A stretch of 63,742 nt of DNA, counting the filler, from Phoronis australis (lineage: Eukaryota > Animalia > Phoronida): the NCBI GenBank assembly GCA_002633005.1. It is 9 parts of 9 records of this genome, joined end to end, with 100 filler letters (N's around TTAATTAATTAA, not from the genome) between each part and the next. Parts side by side here need not be neighbours in the genome. Positions count along the whole stretch, not along the records: positions 1 to 21,675 come from NMRA01001404.1; 8 more parts are not named here. The stretch is one strand, 5' to 3'. The translations under genes were made by a program, and so were the position numbers. The notes under the pieces are model-generated. The model was not told the origin of the DNA, searched no databases, and saw only the letters and a list, made by a program, of their open reading frames with translations. Positions 1-14,014 of the stretch are shown piece after piece (the stretch's first letter is position 1; every line of letters starts with the position of its first letter).

Positions 1-634
1 GCCTTCTGCGGCAACGTTTCGCCGAGTGACGGGTCATTGAAAACTCTACTGACCTCCCGATCACCATCAATAGCACCCCGCCCTTTTGCAAGCTCTCATA
101 GCTCTGTGTCATGATTTTCAGTGGCTGATCTAGGATACCATATAGGCCTAGTGACCGTAGGGGCGGGGGGCCGACATCCTCGAAGAAGCAGCCGGGCAAC
201 TATAAGCGCGATTGTATGCACGCAGGCGGCCTGGAAGTTGCGGGCGCCGAGGATGTATACCTTCTGCTCAGGAAATATGTCGTTGGATTAAAAAAATAAA
301 ACGGAACGCGTTTTCCTCCTCGTCCGCTACCGGTCCTAGCTCGAACTCAGTACAAGTTTCCTCCAGCTTCACCTCGCGTTTTGCTGGTTTATTTTGCTTG
401 CGGCAGTCAAAGGGGGGGCTGCCACCTCCCCCTAAATCCGCCTATGATTTTGTACTTTTTCAAATTGTCACCTCCGTGGTCACAGGTGATTTGAACAGTT
501 GGAGAAAAAATTTCAATCACAAAGGAGATTTTTCAGTAGGCCTCGTGGCTGGGAATTTCGCGTGATTTTTCAATATTTTCGAGAGGGAAATAGGGCCGAT
601 ATTTGGCCCCAAAATTGAGGGATTGAGGGCCCTG
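1..634. mobile_element. hAT-like MITE (CAGGGCCCTCAAT-TIR family), left end truncated, with a nested GC-rich MITE at about 150-445
   Basis: Ends in GATTGAGGGCCCTG and resembles the reverse complement of the element at 34524-34820. The internal 150-445 segment resembles the reverse complement of 63157-63320 (TAAATCCGCCTA, poly-G/C tracts). Confidence 0.55.
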
Positions 635-729
635 TCCTTTTTGTAAAGAAAAATGCATCGCGCTTCGTCATGAAAACACAGCCTGGCTGGCCGAAGATTC
701 TCCGGTCCTCGTTATGGCGGTAACCAGGC

Positions 730-905
730 AGTCCGAAATGCGACAAATTATGATATGAAAACAGTTATAAATTTTACACGTATATATTTTCTTTCGTCGC
801 GGCGTATGGCAAGAACCCAACGCTTCCAAATCCCAACATCCTTAGGGATTGTAATACAGAATTTCCGTATTTTTTCTAGTTGTTCCAGCNTTGGAACGCA
901 CCTCC
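730..905 (-). pseudogene. Degraded THAP zinc-finger fragment (transposon-derived)
   Basis: RRCVP...IPKDVGIWKRWVLAIRRD resembles the THAP pattern C-x-VP...FPKD...W..AI.R. It contains an N and stop codons. Confidence 0.45.
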
Positions 906-3900
906 TGTCGGCGTGAATAGGTTCTATGGTGGTAAAATCGATCGACGTCAATGTTTAAATATTTCGGCTACTGCCATTCCCCTGGTGGCAGCTTATTTAA
1001 CTAGATTTCTTAGGTGGAACTTTATGAACTATGGCCAAAATCTTTCTGTCCAGGAAATGACGACATATGCACGAGTTGCCCACCAGTGACAGTTTTAGCA
1101 TTTTTGAAACAGTTCATGTTTCTGGATCTGCCCGCGTTAGGTGCTAACTGACGTTGTACTCCAGTAACGTCCAATTTATTACTTGACACTCATTACATGC
1201 AACATGCGAAGTCACTTCATTCTGAGTCTTGCCATTTCTATATGATGCTAATCGTTAAACCGATAGCAACAAAATCTGAATGGTCATCTCTTAAAAACAA
1301 AAGGATGCTCGGAGTTCAAATTTATGTTGACTCCCCCTGTTACCTAGGTGGACTCGATGCATTGGAAATTCAGTTAATTACAAACTACGAATTCGGATGA
1401 CATTGCAAGAGAATGTTGAAATCATGAACACGGCTTAGGGCGTGAAGGTCGTAATGACTGAACACAAGTTGTCACTGAATAATTAACGGAAGACATTGAA
1501 GCCGTCATCTCTAAGGACTTTGTCGTGTTTTTGTCCACTTCGGCAAATCAAGATTTTTAATATAAAGGCCTAGTTTTTGCGTGATGTTCAATGATGAATA
1601 CGACTGCTTTTTAAAAATAATAAGACGTTTTGCGAGTTGATTTGTCATAGTTTCTGACAGGAAAGAGATTTTCAGGTATGTGAAGTGTTCATTAAAAATG
1701 CTTCATTAAAATAGACCCAGGAGTTATTTTGCTATGAATGTACCTTTCTTAAAAACAAAATTCTGACTTACAAAAGTATCGAGGTAGTCATAGTAAAGGT
1801 ACATACATGTAAAACATTTTTCTATTTCCTGATCTTTTTTTTCAGAAAATATATACTTTTACTGGTTGAAAAAGCCTATTTTTATCTGCGGGTTAGAAAG
1901 GAGACCTCTTAATCAGGTGAAAATTGTTAGGTGGCATCATGGTGTGTATACATGTACGATTTGCAGTTGAAAATAATGACAGGTACCATTTCAAGCCAAA
2001 TAATTGCAGGAAAAATCTAACAGTGCTTAACCAAAATCACATCTGCGGCCCTTGCCCACAAACTTTCAGTTACCTGTTACGTTTTATTTTATGCTCTTCT
2101 CTGTAATAGGCTTTGAGGATATTCTTTACTTTTGCGTGTTATATATTTTGTTACTTCGGGTCTCATTGCTGTAATTTTAGTAGAAAAAGCATGTGCTGAA
2201 GACGAATTTACATTCGTTAGTCTTTCCTGGCCATGTAATCACTTTTCTTTTTAGGTGTGTTTCATGGTTTGGTAATTAGTGCTTTCTCTGTATATACATG
2301 AACATTCCATTTCGATCCCTCAGTTCTCACACAATGTCATAAACCGAGAAAGATGCATGTGTGACTATGTTATTAGCCTAATTTAGTTTTCACAACAATG
2401 TATTTATGACACTTAGAGCACTGGTTTTTCAATTGTTTCTAGTTCCTCTTCTCATATAACGCTTGTGTATTTTGAGCAAGTTAATTTTTCCTGCAATTTA
2501 TCATTGTTAATGGAATGATAACAGAACTCTATTTTTGTTAAATGAACATCATTAAAGTAGTTACTATACTCCACTCTTGTTTAATTTATTGGAAGTCGAA
2601 CACTTGTGTAATTGAGACTTATTGCTGTTGGGAAACTTCAACTTTTAAAAGTTAGTTCATGGAAAACTTAAGTTGTGAAAGCTTACGTTTTTGAAAAACG
2701 TAAGTATTTTGAACAAGTTTTTGGAAAAAAATAAAGTTTTTGAAAACTTAAATTCTGAAAACTGAAGACCGTTCCAAAAAGCTTGTTCTAAAATACTTAT
2801 ACGTTTGTCAAAAATTTATGCTTCTGTGATTAAAAGCTTACGTTTTTCAGGCTAAGAACTAAGATATTCCGATGAACTTAAAAATCATTTTGTAAGGGAG
2901 AGTAGATGTGTCGTTAAATTAAGCTGTTACAATATTTGTGAAAATAATATAAAGCACTTTTAAACTCGTAATCTATGCTGCTGACAAAAGAGTGCGAGTC
3001 AAAATTTGCCACAAAGGTCATGATAACTTTGGAGCGCACCGTGCGATTGCGATTTCTGCATTTCCGACAGCGACACCTTTCCTTCGGAGTGGGCGTTTGT
3101 CTTCATAAATTTCGAGCTTTCCGTTTGTACATGTAAATTCTCGAACCCTTAATTAAAATCAGTTGCAGTATGAAAAAATCTCTGACATGGTCAGCTGTGA
3201 ACACTAAATAAGTTGAGTGAAATGGTATATGACTATGTCAGGCGCTATTAAGGTCACCCACGTTCAACAGTACGAAAAGTGCTTCTAGGTTTATCTTCCC
3301 TGCCACCTGGCGGATGCAGCGAAATCATTGTTTGAAATCTACTCATGCACTAATGAATCACTTTTTAATCCCACCATGCAATTTCTCTCAGTGTGTGCAA
3401 TCTACCTATTGCTGTTTTCGGTATGCAAAAACGTGTCATTCTGTTCGTGAATCTTTAGTGCTCTTAATGTATATGAGAGACCCCTAGAAAGATATTTCGA
3501 TTTCTTTTGAAATGGTTCTTAAAAATCTTAAATCGTCATTCCCATAAAATTAGTGATTAAGTAAAATTATCATCCAATTTATTGAGTATAGAAATTCCTT
3601 GAACATACGTAGACTAATTTTTGTGTTGAATTTATAATCTTTTTTGGAAATCACCTTCAGGTTAAATGGAACACACAACCTGGGAAACATGACAGACATT
3701 TTGAAATTGTAAACTACTCGTGGAATGCCTAACCGTTCATATGAAAAGGGCTTGCGCAATAACATCTCGGCATTTTTACAACGTAGTTGGAACACCTGTC
3801 AAAATTTTGTTGAGCTTTATCCAGAATTAGAACGGATTTTAGTCGAAATTATATGGATTTTCAGTTCATTTACCGAATTTTGTGTTATTTCCACGTTGTC

Positions 3901-4665
3901 TGTTTTCGCATGTAGAGCAATATAAGTGACGATTTTGAAAGCAGCCACATAATTCTTGGGGGTTTAAAGCGTTTGATTTTGATTTTGAAAGCTACATGGC
4001 GGGCACGTAGGCCATCTATAACTCTATTATGCTAATCAAACTAAGCTTTTTCACAACTGAGACGGATAGAAAACCTGTCATACACCTTGACAATTTCATT
4101 TCGCTCTGTAAAACGCGAAAAGAACGTATTGATGAAACTTCACCAAGCAAATATTCGCCATTTGCTCCGTAATTTTGATCTCCTGAGTACTTGAGCTGGC
4201 GACTTGAGACGGTTAAAAGTGTATCGCGACAAAATCTGCCCGCACTCAGTTAAACACTCTTGTTTAGATTTCAGCGTTGTATGTGTTTTTAATTGTTGAA
4301 TTAATCGCACCCAACTCTGATGTTTGCCTTTTTGCCAATTACTTAATGTCATCATTGCAACTCAAAATACAATAATACAAAAATCCTTGCACTGCAAAGG
4401 ATTACCTACTAATACGGCAGCGAGATATTGATAATTGCATTTGATTGTTTTAAGAAGCAATGTGAGTGAACATATATGTACATACGATGCATTGGGGATG
4501 AATACCTATAGTTGAGTGGACCGCTAGTTTCGTTTTCGTTAAATAGCCAAATCGCCTGCTGTGTATGACATAAGGGTACATACATGTAGGTAGACAAGAC
4601 AGTGGTATCCAAATCATGGCATCCGAAAACATCTGGTTCAAAGAGAATTGATAGAGATACATATT

Positions 4666-5589
4666 ACCATGAAAAGCTCTAAAACATTCTTATATGCTGA
4701 TGACACTGCAATATTCCACCCATTCTCAAAAGAGCATCACCATGACTCCTTACAATTGCAAACTGACCTTAACAAACTCTGTGACTGGTCTCTCAAATGG
4801 AAGATGAAATTTAAACCTGAAAAAAGTGTTGATCTTATATTTTCTAAGTCTAATAATACTCATTTCCAAACAAATCCAACACTGGAATTATCACTCAATG
4901 GGGAAGTTATCCCTAATAAGTTCACGCACAAACATCTTGGCTTGCTACTCGACCATAAGCTTACATCTACTCCTCATTGTCGCAAACTCGTTCAAAAAGT
5001 ACAAAAATTAATTAATCCAATTAGAATTATCTCTCGTCACCTCAACTCCATGCATCTTGAAACTCTGTTCAAGTCTTTTGTACTTCCACGTCTAGATTAC
5101 TGTGACATAATCTACCAATCGGCAAACGCTGGCATACTTCTCCAATTAGAAAGATTACAATACCAAGCAGCTTTAGCCATAACTGGGGCATACAAAGGGT
5201 CCAACACAATCAAGGTTCTAAATAGTCTTCACTGGAGCAAACTAGCAACCCGTCGTAAACTCCAACTGTCCATGTATACATTCAAAGTCTTAACCAACAT
5301 GAACAATTACTCTAACAAAATCCTCTTTGACTCCTACAAAAGACCAAGCACGAGACCAATACTCCGGCAAAGCAATATGTATACTATTCCAGCCTCCATC
5401 AGCCAAGCCTTTAGAAGATCAACGATATTAACTTATATTGACAACTGGAATTCCTTACCATTCAAAATAAAAGAAAGCACTTCAATCGTCACTCTCAAAA
5501 ATAACTTTAAAATGCATACCACTACTCCAGACTTGCCAGTCCCATTGACATCATTCCAACTTCCCCGCAACCANGCACAGGAGCACTGA
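4666..5589 (+). mobile_element. 5'-truncated non-LTR retrotransposon ORF2 fragment (RT C-terminal half, CR1/L2-like clade)
   Basis: YADD motif (FLYADDTAIF), LQTDLNKLCDWSLKWKMKFKPEKS, HKHLGLLLD, FKSFVLPRLDYCDIIY and LERLQYQAALAITGA..W.KL..RRK. It lies in an intron of, or just downstream of, the ShKT gene. Confidence 0.9.
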
Positions 5590-5964
5590 CCAGTATAACC
5601 GAGAACCTAAATGTTACCACTCCGTTGGTCAACCCAGCGCAGACTGTAAACCATCATGTATATGAGCAGTTCAAGGTAGAAAATAAAATATTTTAAAACC
5701 AATGGAGTTGATGCACTCATGTCAAAACTGCATGCACTAGACTTAGATTAACAAACACCATCATTGCCACAACCATAGTCATTGTCATTAAAGGAACAAT
5801 GTTGACGGCAGCAATGATGTCGTCACTACCAAAACCACCATCGCCAAAAGCAAACTCATTAGAAGCAGCAACACCATACCCTTTTTTGTTTTCTTGAAAA
5901 ACACCAGAGTCATCATTATCATCGTGGCTAATATTCGCTAAAAATCGACATTACAAAAGGTTAC

Positions 5965-6099
5965 CTTTATCTGCATCACCGCCACAACCGCTACAAGACC
6001 GGTAGCAGACAGCCCTGATTTTCTCGGATGCCTCACATTTTCCCAAGACTTTGCTGGACCAACATCTGTCATCTGATACCTGATTGACACATTCAGCTC
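5965..6099 (-). CDS. Exon of a multi-ShKT domain protein (1 ShKT domain)
   Basis: AECVNQVSDDRCWSSKVLGKCEASEKIRAVCYRSCSGC has six-Cys ShKT spacing ending CxxxCxxC. AG/GT boundaries, phase 1-1, compatible with the other two exons. Confidence 0.7.
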
Positions 6100-7799
6100 C
6101 TTGTTCGGTGAATTGAAATGGAAAGGTATACAATGAGCTTCCGTGGTCTTACCGTACAGCAATCATGTTTGAGGGAAAATATATTTCGATAGTCAGTAGA
6201 GGATTACAATGTGGTAATCGTTGTTTCGTGATTTCGAAATTTATAAGTTACATCGTATTCATTAACGCGTTTTGAAAAGACGAATAACTGTTAGTGCATG
6301 TAACTGACTTGATGATATGAGATCAGGGCCTATAGTTTGTATTCGAACTCGAAAAAACTTTGTCTTATTTTAGTTTATTTCTGTACTCAATAGTACGTCA
6401 TAGTAAATTAGACTCTTACAAAGTGCTAAAAATAGACTCATTCTAGAAGAATATGCGAAATGTCCAGACGACAATGTTTTATCACAGCTCTTGCACTTTT
6501 AAGATGTTCAGATCATAGACTAATCAAAACTGGTAGACATTTGGATATAGCTAGATATCTGCGTTTCTCTATTGTTTGCTCTGCCACTGTTGAGGATCAA
6601 AATAAGTTTGACTAGAGTTTAAGGTTTATGGAGATCTTGCGAGAAAGTTTGGTATTTGTCGCAACATTGATAACTTGAATGGCGATTCTTTCATTTATTT
6701 AATGAAATCTTACAACGTGTGAAACTTAGCTCGTGTTATTCCCTAAATTTTTTATCATGTATAGCTAATTTGATAGTCTGTGTTACATGTATGTCAACGA
6801 CTTCGTTCATTACGCGCTTGTATTTGTTACATTCATACGTGTACATGTACATGCATATGGGCTGGGGACATAAGCACTGGAATAAATTTGTTGATTGAAT
6901 ATACCTTGCTATTATTCTGTACTGGAATACATCATTGTTTATACATGTTAGATTCCAATCGAAGTTCACCATTGATGACCCATTGATTTGACCTACAATC
7001 TCAATTTATTAAAAACTCCAATTTTTGAGTTCAGACTCAACATTTTGACTTTAATGCCAGCTTTGACAAGTTCATACTAGGATTAGACCGTTTTTTATAC
7101 TCGAGTGGTTATTCATAGACTCATATATTAGATGTAAAGTGAAAAGAATATACCTCGGCAAGGACTTATGTACTTGAAATCGTAACTTTTTTTTGACATT
7201 TTCTATTCTACCTTTGTGAGAATTCAATATATTTAGAAATCGAGTGGTACTACCGTGTATGGTTTATGGAATGACTGTCTGATCTATGTTTGCACTTCGA
7301 GCACACCCATTGTTAAACTTGCAGTTCGAGTCTGAACTAAAAAATTCGAATTTTTATTCAAAACCTCAAGTTTTTATCGTAGTTGATACTGTAGCTAAAA
7401 TATTTAAGGGTTACCAAGAAATTTAGACTAGACACTCCTGCCAGTGAAACATTATTTGTTCGATCACAGAATGATAAAGTTATCTCGAGATCGTAATATC
7501 ATAGAACGGAAAATGCCCCAAACAAAGACAACCTTTATTATCAAGTACACGGATTAGTCGAGTGGCCCTGAACTTCTTGGACAAGTTCCATCAATGGCAT
7601 TCTTTTGCTTTATAATTCATATGCCTTTAAACTTGTAGGAGTAACAATTTGAACGCGAACAGATCAACTTATAACTGACTATAAACCCATGTTCCTTTCA
7701 TCGAATGAATTCTCGGGCTGGACCACTTATCGCTAGGTAGTGCACAACATGACCCGCCACGGCATCCCCGGCGAGTTGTACAACTAGATTCAAATACAA

Positions 7800-7956
7800 N
7801 NNNNNNNNNNNNNNNNNNNNNNNNNNNNNNNNNNNNNNNNNNNNNNNNNNNNNNNNNNNNNNNNNNNNNNNNNNNNNNNNNNNNNNNNNNNNNNNNNNNN
7901 NNNNNNNNNNNNNNNNNNNNNNNNNNNNNNNNNNNNNNNNNNNNNNNNNNNNNNNN
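7800..7956. other. Scaffold gap (N run without spacer)
   Basis: Run of N. Confidence 0.95.
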
Positions 7957-8455
7957 ATTCCGGCGGCACCCCCCCCCCCTCCATTTAACCAAGAAACAAT
8001 GTGGGATCAACTTTACCACGACACGTGATCTAAATCACTTGTGGAACACAAATACGTACCGGAAATCAATTTTTTAAAGTTCAAACACATAATACTTGTC
8101 ACTCAAACCCAGGTATTTATGAACAACATGCATCAGAGTAGTTCACGCTCTTTACCGTCAATGCCACATCCGCTACACATTTTGTAGCAGTTCAAATTTG
8201 CCTTAATACGAACTCCGCAATGTGATACATATCTCCAACATTCCTCTTCGCTTAGCTTGTTAGAGCAATGATTTTCTGGTTCCCATTCTAAAAGGAAACA
8301 AAGTACTTTTCAAAGAAGTTTAATTATTATTTTTGCAAGTAACTCAACCTGTTTGATTGAGGAAGTTTGAGTCTAGTAGTCTGTACTCAAACTCAGTGCC
8401 AATTACCATTCCTTTTGTTGAGCATACGTCATAACACGTTATAAAATAAGTTTAA

Positions 8456-10096
8456 AGGAGAATGCCACCCGATTTAATTAGTCTTTTTGCCGTCTTAATC
8501 GGTCTATATCCACATCGCCTCGCATACGGTCGACCTTACCTTGCCAAGAGGTGTCGCGTTAACCTGTGAGGAAGGTGAGAAACGACGCTAGCGACGTCAG
8601 TGGTTCATGTGCAGAGTGAATGCCGCTGTGTCGCGGTGCATCGTTCCTGCGTGTCCGAACTAAGCAGCTGCGAGGAAAACGAATATGTCGTTTTTTAATT
8701 CTTCGAGAGTCCGAAATGCATGGGAAGTGGCTCATGGTAGGGAAGAATGAAATGTACGCTGTAAATAGGAAGTATGAGGCCGTGAAACATCTCCGTGTCT
8801 GTGGCCTGCAGACGTCGACAGTGCCCGACGAACGCCGGTTTACCAAATAACTCCATACGTTCCGTTGTCGGAGCTTGTTCACGGCGCCTCTCTAGTATTT
8901 CTTCATCACTGTATTCCCTGTTCGATTTGATAGCCTGTAAAACTTAACGATCCACCTGCGAAGTCGGGACTGATGAGCTCTAGCTCGTCCTAAGTCGGGA
9001 TTGCGAGTTGCCATGTTGGCGTTTATTACTGAGCTTTCTGTTTCAAAATGAATTATACTCACCCTAACCAATACTTACATAAAACTGAAAGAAAGTCTGT
9101 CTCATTAGATGCAATTTGTAATGCCTTTGGAGTGTTCGAGAGTGTAAATGATTTGAAAAGCCGGCTTTAGGTGCAAAAAAACTAATTGATGGGAAAACCA
9201 AGGTCGTGTGAGCTGATGCTAATTTAGTGTTTCCTGGCAGAAACTGTTGTGAAACAACTCGAGTTCCACCCCACGACCAGGTGTTACCAGAATATTTATT
9301 TACATTTACGTTATTCAAATAATGATTGTCAATGTACAACTTCTGCCCTGACGGTGATGTGGCCAAAGCGGAACCTGAATTTGCGGCCCCGACGAGTAAG
9401 TAGATTTGCAGTTTCATGGCTAATTCACCAACATAATCACGTGCACATTACTTTGGCTCACTAGTATAGTATTTTCTTGACTGGAGGTTTAGTTTCCACT
9501 GAACTTTGGCGGGTTTATGTTCGTGATGTCTGATCAGTTTCCGAGCCACTAGCCGGGAAAACGCCGAGTCAATCCATGCGACGGGCATGATCGGGCTCCG
9601 AGCCACTGGCCATAACAAGCGTTTTGTGTTTAGAACTCAAAAATCACAAGTCTAAACAACACAGATCTAGGTTCTCCTGTCTGTATCTCACGGAATATAC
9701 TTCGAAATTATCTCCGAACACACCCCAAACTCCTGCTACGGACCTTATTGGCCTGCCGAACTTTGTAGGCTACTGTGTGTCCAAATAACAATAAATCCGT
9801 AAGAGTGAAATAAAACAACACGTTTTTATAAGAACTCGGTGTATTTTTAAGGGTTTTATATCGAAGTTTGATGATTTATTGGTGTTAAACGATAACTTCA
9901 AGCGATAAGCTGACGTCAGTAATCCGTGTTGTGAACTGCTGAACAGACTGCGTGTGAAACCGATGGCGTCACTAGATAATTTCAACACCTCCGTCTGCCG
10001 TCAGGTGTCAGGTAACGCAACCGTACGTTTCGTTATCGAGTAAAACTACTTGATCTAAATTGATACAAATTAGGTTGTTTTGGGTGGCATGCTCCT
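8456..10096. mobile_element. Non-autonomous Kolobok-type DNA transposon
   Basis: TTAA target-site duplication (8452-8455 and 10097-10100). 15-bp TIRs AGGAGAATGCCACCC / GGGTGGCATGCTCCT (1 mismatch). The purine-purine terminus fits Kolobok rather than piggyBac. No intact ORF. Confidence 0.75.
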
Positions 10097-10729
10097 TTAA
10101 CAGTGTTCACTTGTAATAGAGGAATGGACCACNTTTCCGAGCCACTAGCCGGGAAAACGCCGAGTCAATCCATGCGACGGGCATGATCGGGCTCCGAGCC
10201 ACTGGCCATAACAAGCGTTTTGTGTTTAGAACTCAAAATATCACAAGTCTAAACAACACAGATCTAGGTTCTCCTGTCTGTATCTCACGGAATATACTTT
10301 GAAATTATCTCCGAACACACCCCAAACTCCTGCTACGGACCTTATTGGCCTGCCGAACTTTGTAGGCTACGGTGTGTCCAAATACCAATAAATCCGTAAG
10401 AGTGAAATGAAACAACACGTTTTTATAAGAACTCGGTGTATTTTTAAGGGTTTTATATCGAAGTTTGATGATTTATTGGTGTTAAACGATAACTTCAAGC
10501 GATAAGCTGACGCCAGTAATCCGTGTTGTGAACTGCTGAACAGACTGCGTGTGAAACCGATGGCGTCACTGGATAATTTCAACACCTCCGTCTGCCGTCA
10601 GGTGTCAGGTAACGCAACCGTACGTTTCGTTATCGAGTAGAACTACTTGATCTAAATTGATACAAATTAGGTTGTTTTGGGTGGCATGCTCCTTTAATAG
10701 TGTTCACTTGTAATAGAGGAATGGACCAC
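9538..10729. repeat. Near-identical direct duplication of about 595 bp split by a single N (probable haplotype/assembly overlap)
   Basis: 9538-10132 versus 10134-10729, with N at 10133 and a handful of SNPs and indels. Confidence 0.85.
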
Positions 10730-11057
10730 CCAATTCTCTGCCATCGCCCTATTTGTCAACGAGGCACACTTCGTTTCCCACTTTTCTACATACAGTCTGC
10801 AAAGTCTACTAGTTTCAAAAGCTGAATTTTTAGATATGTTAGAGATAAACAGGGGTTTTGTCAAATTTCCAACAATTTGTAATGCCTAGAAATTAAAACA
10901 GCCCAACCCAGTGGCAAAACACCTTGCAAAAGACGTGACACAGATTTCTGTTTCCAGGTTTAACCTGATCTCAACCTAACCCGAGTTACTGGCCCTGGAT
11001 GACATCCCTGACATTTTCAATGGAATATGCATTCTAAAGCGCACATGTATTACTTAC

Positions 11058-11324
11058 TTGGACACATATTCTCTGAGCAAGACTTTGAACATGAAGTCAT
11101 CATAAATCTCGGATTCATGTAACACTCCCCCAGCTTTGCCCACGATTCACACTTCGGAGTATCGTCAGTGCAGTCAATACCAGGACATCTCTCTTGCAAA
11201 ATCTGGTTACATGCTCCCAAACAGTTCTCCATCATAAAGCGCGCTTGAAAGAATTCCGTGCAGGATCCCGCATGTGCGCTTCTTTTACACTCTGCTTTAG
11301 GGCTGTGAATGTCTCTACATTGAG
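11058..11324 (-). CDS. Exon of a multi-ShKT domain protein (2 ShKT domains)
   Basis: QCRDIHSPKAECKRSAHAGSC...MENCLGAC and DCTDDTPKCESWAKLGECYMNPRFMMTSCSKSC. ttccag acceptor, gtaagt donor, phase 1-1. Confidence 0.88.
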
Positions 11325-11627
11325 CTGGAATAATTGCATTATGTACAAAGTGCAGTAGTTGCTGAACCTGTACATAAACAGTGTATTAATGGGTACCTGA
11401 TTTACTAACAACCAAGATACAAAATTAATCGTCCATATTCATTTTCCGAACATTTCATCATTTAATTGTGTGATGTACTTTATTGTAAAGCGACATTTCG
11501 CCGTGTACAGTTGGAAACATACAAAAATCGACTTGTGCCTTTTACTGTCACGAACTCAGTCCCATAAAAATTCACACCGTGACTGTATTCTACTTTTGTT
11601 ACCAACAAGTACTCGAAACTGTTATCA

Positions 11628-14014
11628 CAGGGCTCGCCCTAACGAGCTGCAGGTCGCATTTGCCCCCTGAAATTTTGAAATGCGAGCTGAGATTGTTGTC
11701 AACTCGTATCAAGTTGCAAAATGCGAGCTTCAATTTCCAACGTATGCGAGCTGTGTTTTTACACTTCTCGGCTGATACCGGGCAAATATAAAGCAAAACT
11801 TTTTAATCCGAACGTTATTTGGTTGCTGCCAAATCCAAGTTCAAAAGAACACTAATAGAGAATAACCCTCCAGATGAGTGTAAGCAGGTCGCGTGAACAT
11901 GGGATATGCAGAATCGATCTTTGACGCGGTTCATTGGCTAACATTTTTGGTCACTTTTGCAAATTTCAGGATTCGCCGAAGGAAGTTTCGGGCCACTGCA
12001 TAGCACGTGATATAACGTCACAAAGTGGTGTTTCTACTAATTCTTAAGCGGTCAACTTACCATACTTTGTGGTGGACAAATATATTTATTTTTTGCGTAA
12101 GATGTCCTTATTCCCTATACCAAAAATCCACGACAATATCCCTGACATTGCACTGCGGCACTGGTCGGTCCCATTTTTTGCGCCCAAGCGGTCCCGTTAG
12201 ACAATGGTGACATGGCGATATACGTCTCGTTTTTTATCGCATAAGTCAGCCAAAGTGAAAATGACAACATATTAATCGCCAAACGACTTTTAGTTGTCAA
12301 GAAATTCTCAAACCCCTTTACTTGTTTCTGCGAAATATGATTGGTCTTTCATTCGTTGTTGCCAAAGAAAAATGTAGGCCTACTCCAGCGATTCAAGTGC
12401 GTGAACTCACGCGTGCGAACCACTTCAAAACTGCACATCAAAAGAGAATAGTGACAGGCCCAAATGAAAGAGTATACTGGTTTGGCTCTGTTAAGGACCC
12501 GGATGCCGGTGGTTTATTTGAAGATGAACTCATACATTCCTGGCGGTTACAAAAGACCAGGTGCTTTACGACATTCCCCGGGACCGATAGAACTCAGAAC
12601 TTAAATTTTCCTGATCCGATGTTTCCCGAGGTTGATGTTCCCTAAGCCCTATATTCTATGGCAGTAGCCAGCTATTGCAACTAAACGGGTACTAGATGCG
12701 AAATTGTGGCTAGCGAACTTTTCATTCCTCTCATCATACACCCCCCCTTGACAACTTTTCGCTGCCTGCTGGACCACCGTCGCCGTAAATTGTTCAGACT
12801 CCAATAGAAACAATCTTGTTCGGGCTGAAGCAGGCAGTGTAGGGTACAGTGTACATGTAGGTGGTAACGATATCCAGTAAGTCACCCCTACTGGATGGAG
12901 TCTGCCTTGCAAAATCGTATTATTATCACGTTTCTTACCATTGCAGTCTTTTAATATCTAATTATCGCAATCACTCGACTACGCTCACGCACAAGCCTAC
13001 TCCCTACCTTTGAAGCGCTTCATAAGCACTCAGTAATCTACTAAGCGTCCCCCTCAACTTTTAATAATTTCCAATTAAGCGCCCGCTGTTCAGGCTAGCG
13101 CCCATCATACCGCACTACAAACGACCGAGCGTGGTTTAAAATGTTTCCCGTGCCAAAATAGTGTGTCAGTTTCAAAAAAGCGTCTTTTCTCAATACGTAG
13201 AAACCAAATACCGGCTTTGTTTTATACCTCCGAAAGAAAGTTAAAACTAGTGACTTGCATGTCGTTTCGTGACTGCATTCCCGTACTTGGCAGGTATTGA
13301 GGAGCAAACTTGAATTACCTGATGGCAACCCGCACGGAGTCGGGAATTATTTCGATACTATTCATATCATGGAAAACTAATTATTGAGTACGTGAACAGC
13401 ATACGTACCACGCTTTTGCTGCGAAATTTTTACTGAATTGTTCCCGCGCATCCAAATACATCAATCGTTTAGAGCACGGGTTTTTTCGACAGATGCTTTT
13501 CAAACGACGAGTTAAGTTGCAAAATTTGGGCTGTGAACAAAAAGTAGAGGGAATTTGCCGAGTTAGTTTAGATCTTTAACGACTTTGATGACAGCTAGTA
13601 GCAGATCAGGCCTAGCAAAATCGCGGATACTTTTTCAACGGGCATTTTCTCCCTTTTCACATGGCAAACTTAGCTACTCGAATGCACGTGTCAGTTAGAG
13701 AGCACTGATTAAACTTTCACGTCGGCAATTTGCCTTGCGCTCTAGGGCATTTCAATGGCGGTGGCGAAGAACAGTACCTACATGAACGAACTCAATTTTG
13801 CGATTTGAAATTTGTGAGTATTTGACGCTTCAGGTAAGAGCATATTATTTAAACATTTTCTCGATGATACAAAAATCAATTTTGGAGAGTAAAAATAGCG
13901 GGAAAATTCTGCGACCTGGCAGTTATGAATGCGAGCTGGAATTTGAAAATGCGACCTGGGATTTTGGCTAGGTCGCAAAATGTGACCTGGCGATTTTAAT
14001 AGCGTCGAGCCCTG
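11628..14014. mobile_element. Putative non-autonomous hAT-like element with CAGGGCTCG termini, in the ShKT gene intron
   Basis: Left end CAGGGCTCGCCCTAAC, right end GCGTCGAGCCCTG, subterminal GCGACCTG/GCGAGCTG repeats. The right ~500 bp recurs twice at 45749-46582. No clean 8-bp TSD seen. Confidence 0.55.

Noticed and set aside
8965-9000. CTGATGAG hammerhead-like core
   Set aside because: No GAAA box after the putative stem II.
9538-10729. Tandem duplication and twin 72-aa ORFs (9770-9988 and 10367-10585)
   Set aside because: Single-N junction with allelic-level differences indicates a haplotype overlap artefact. The ORFs have no recognisable motifs.
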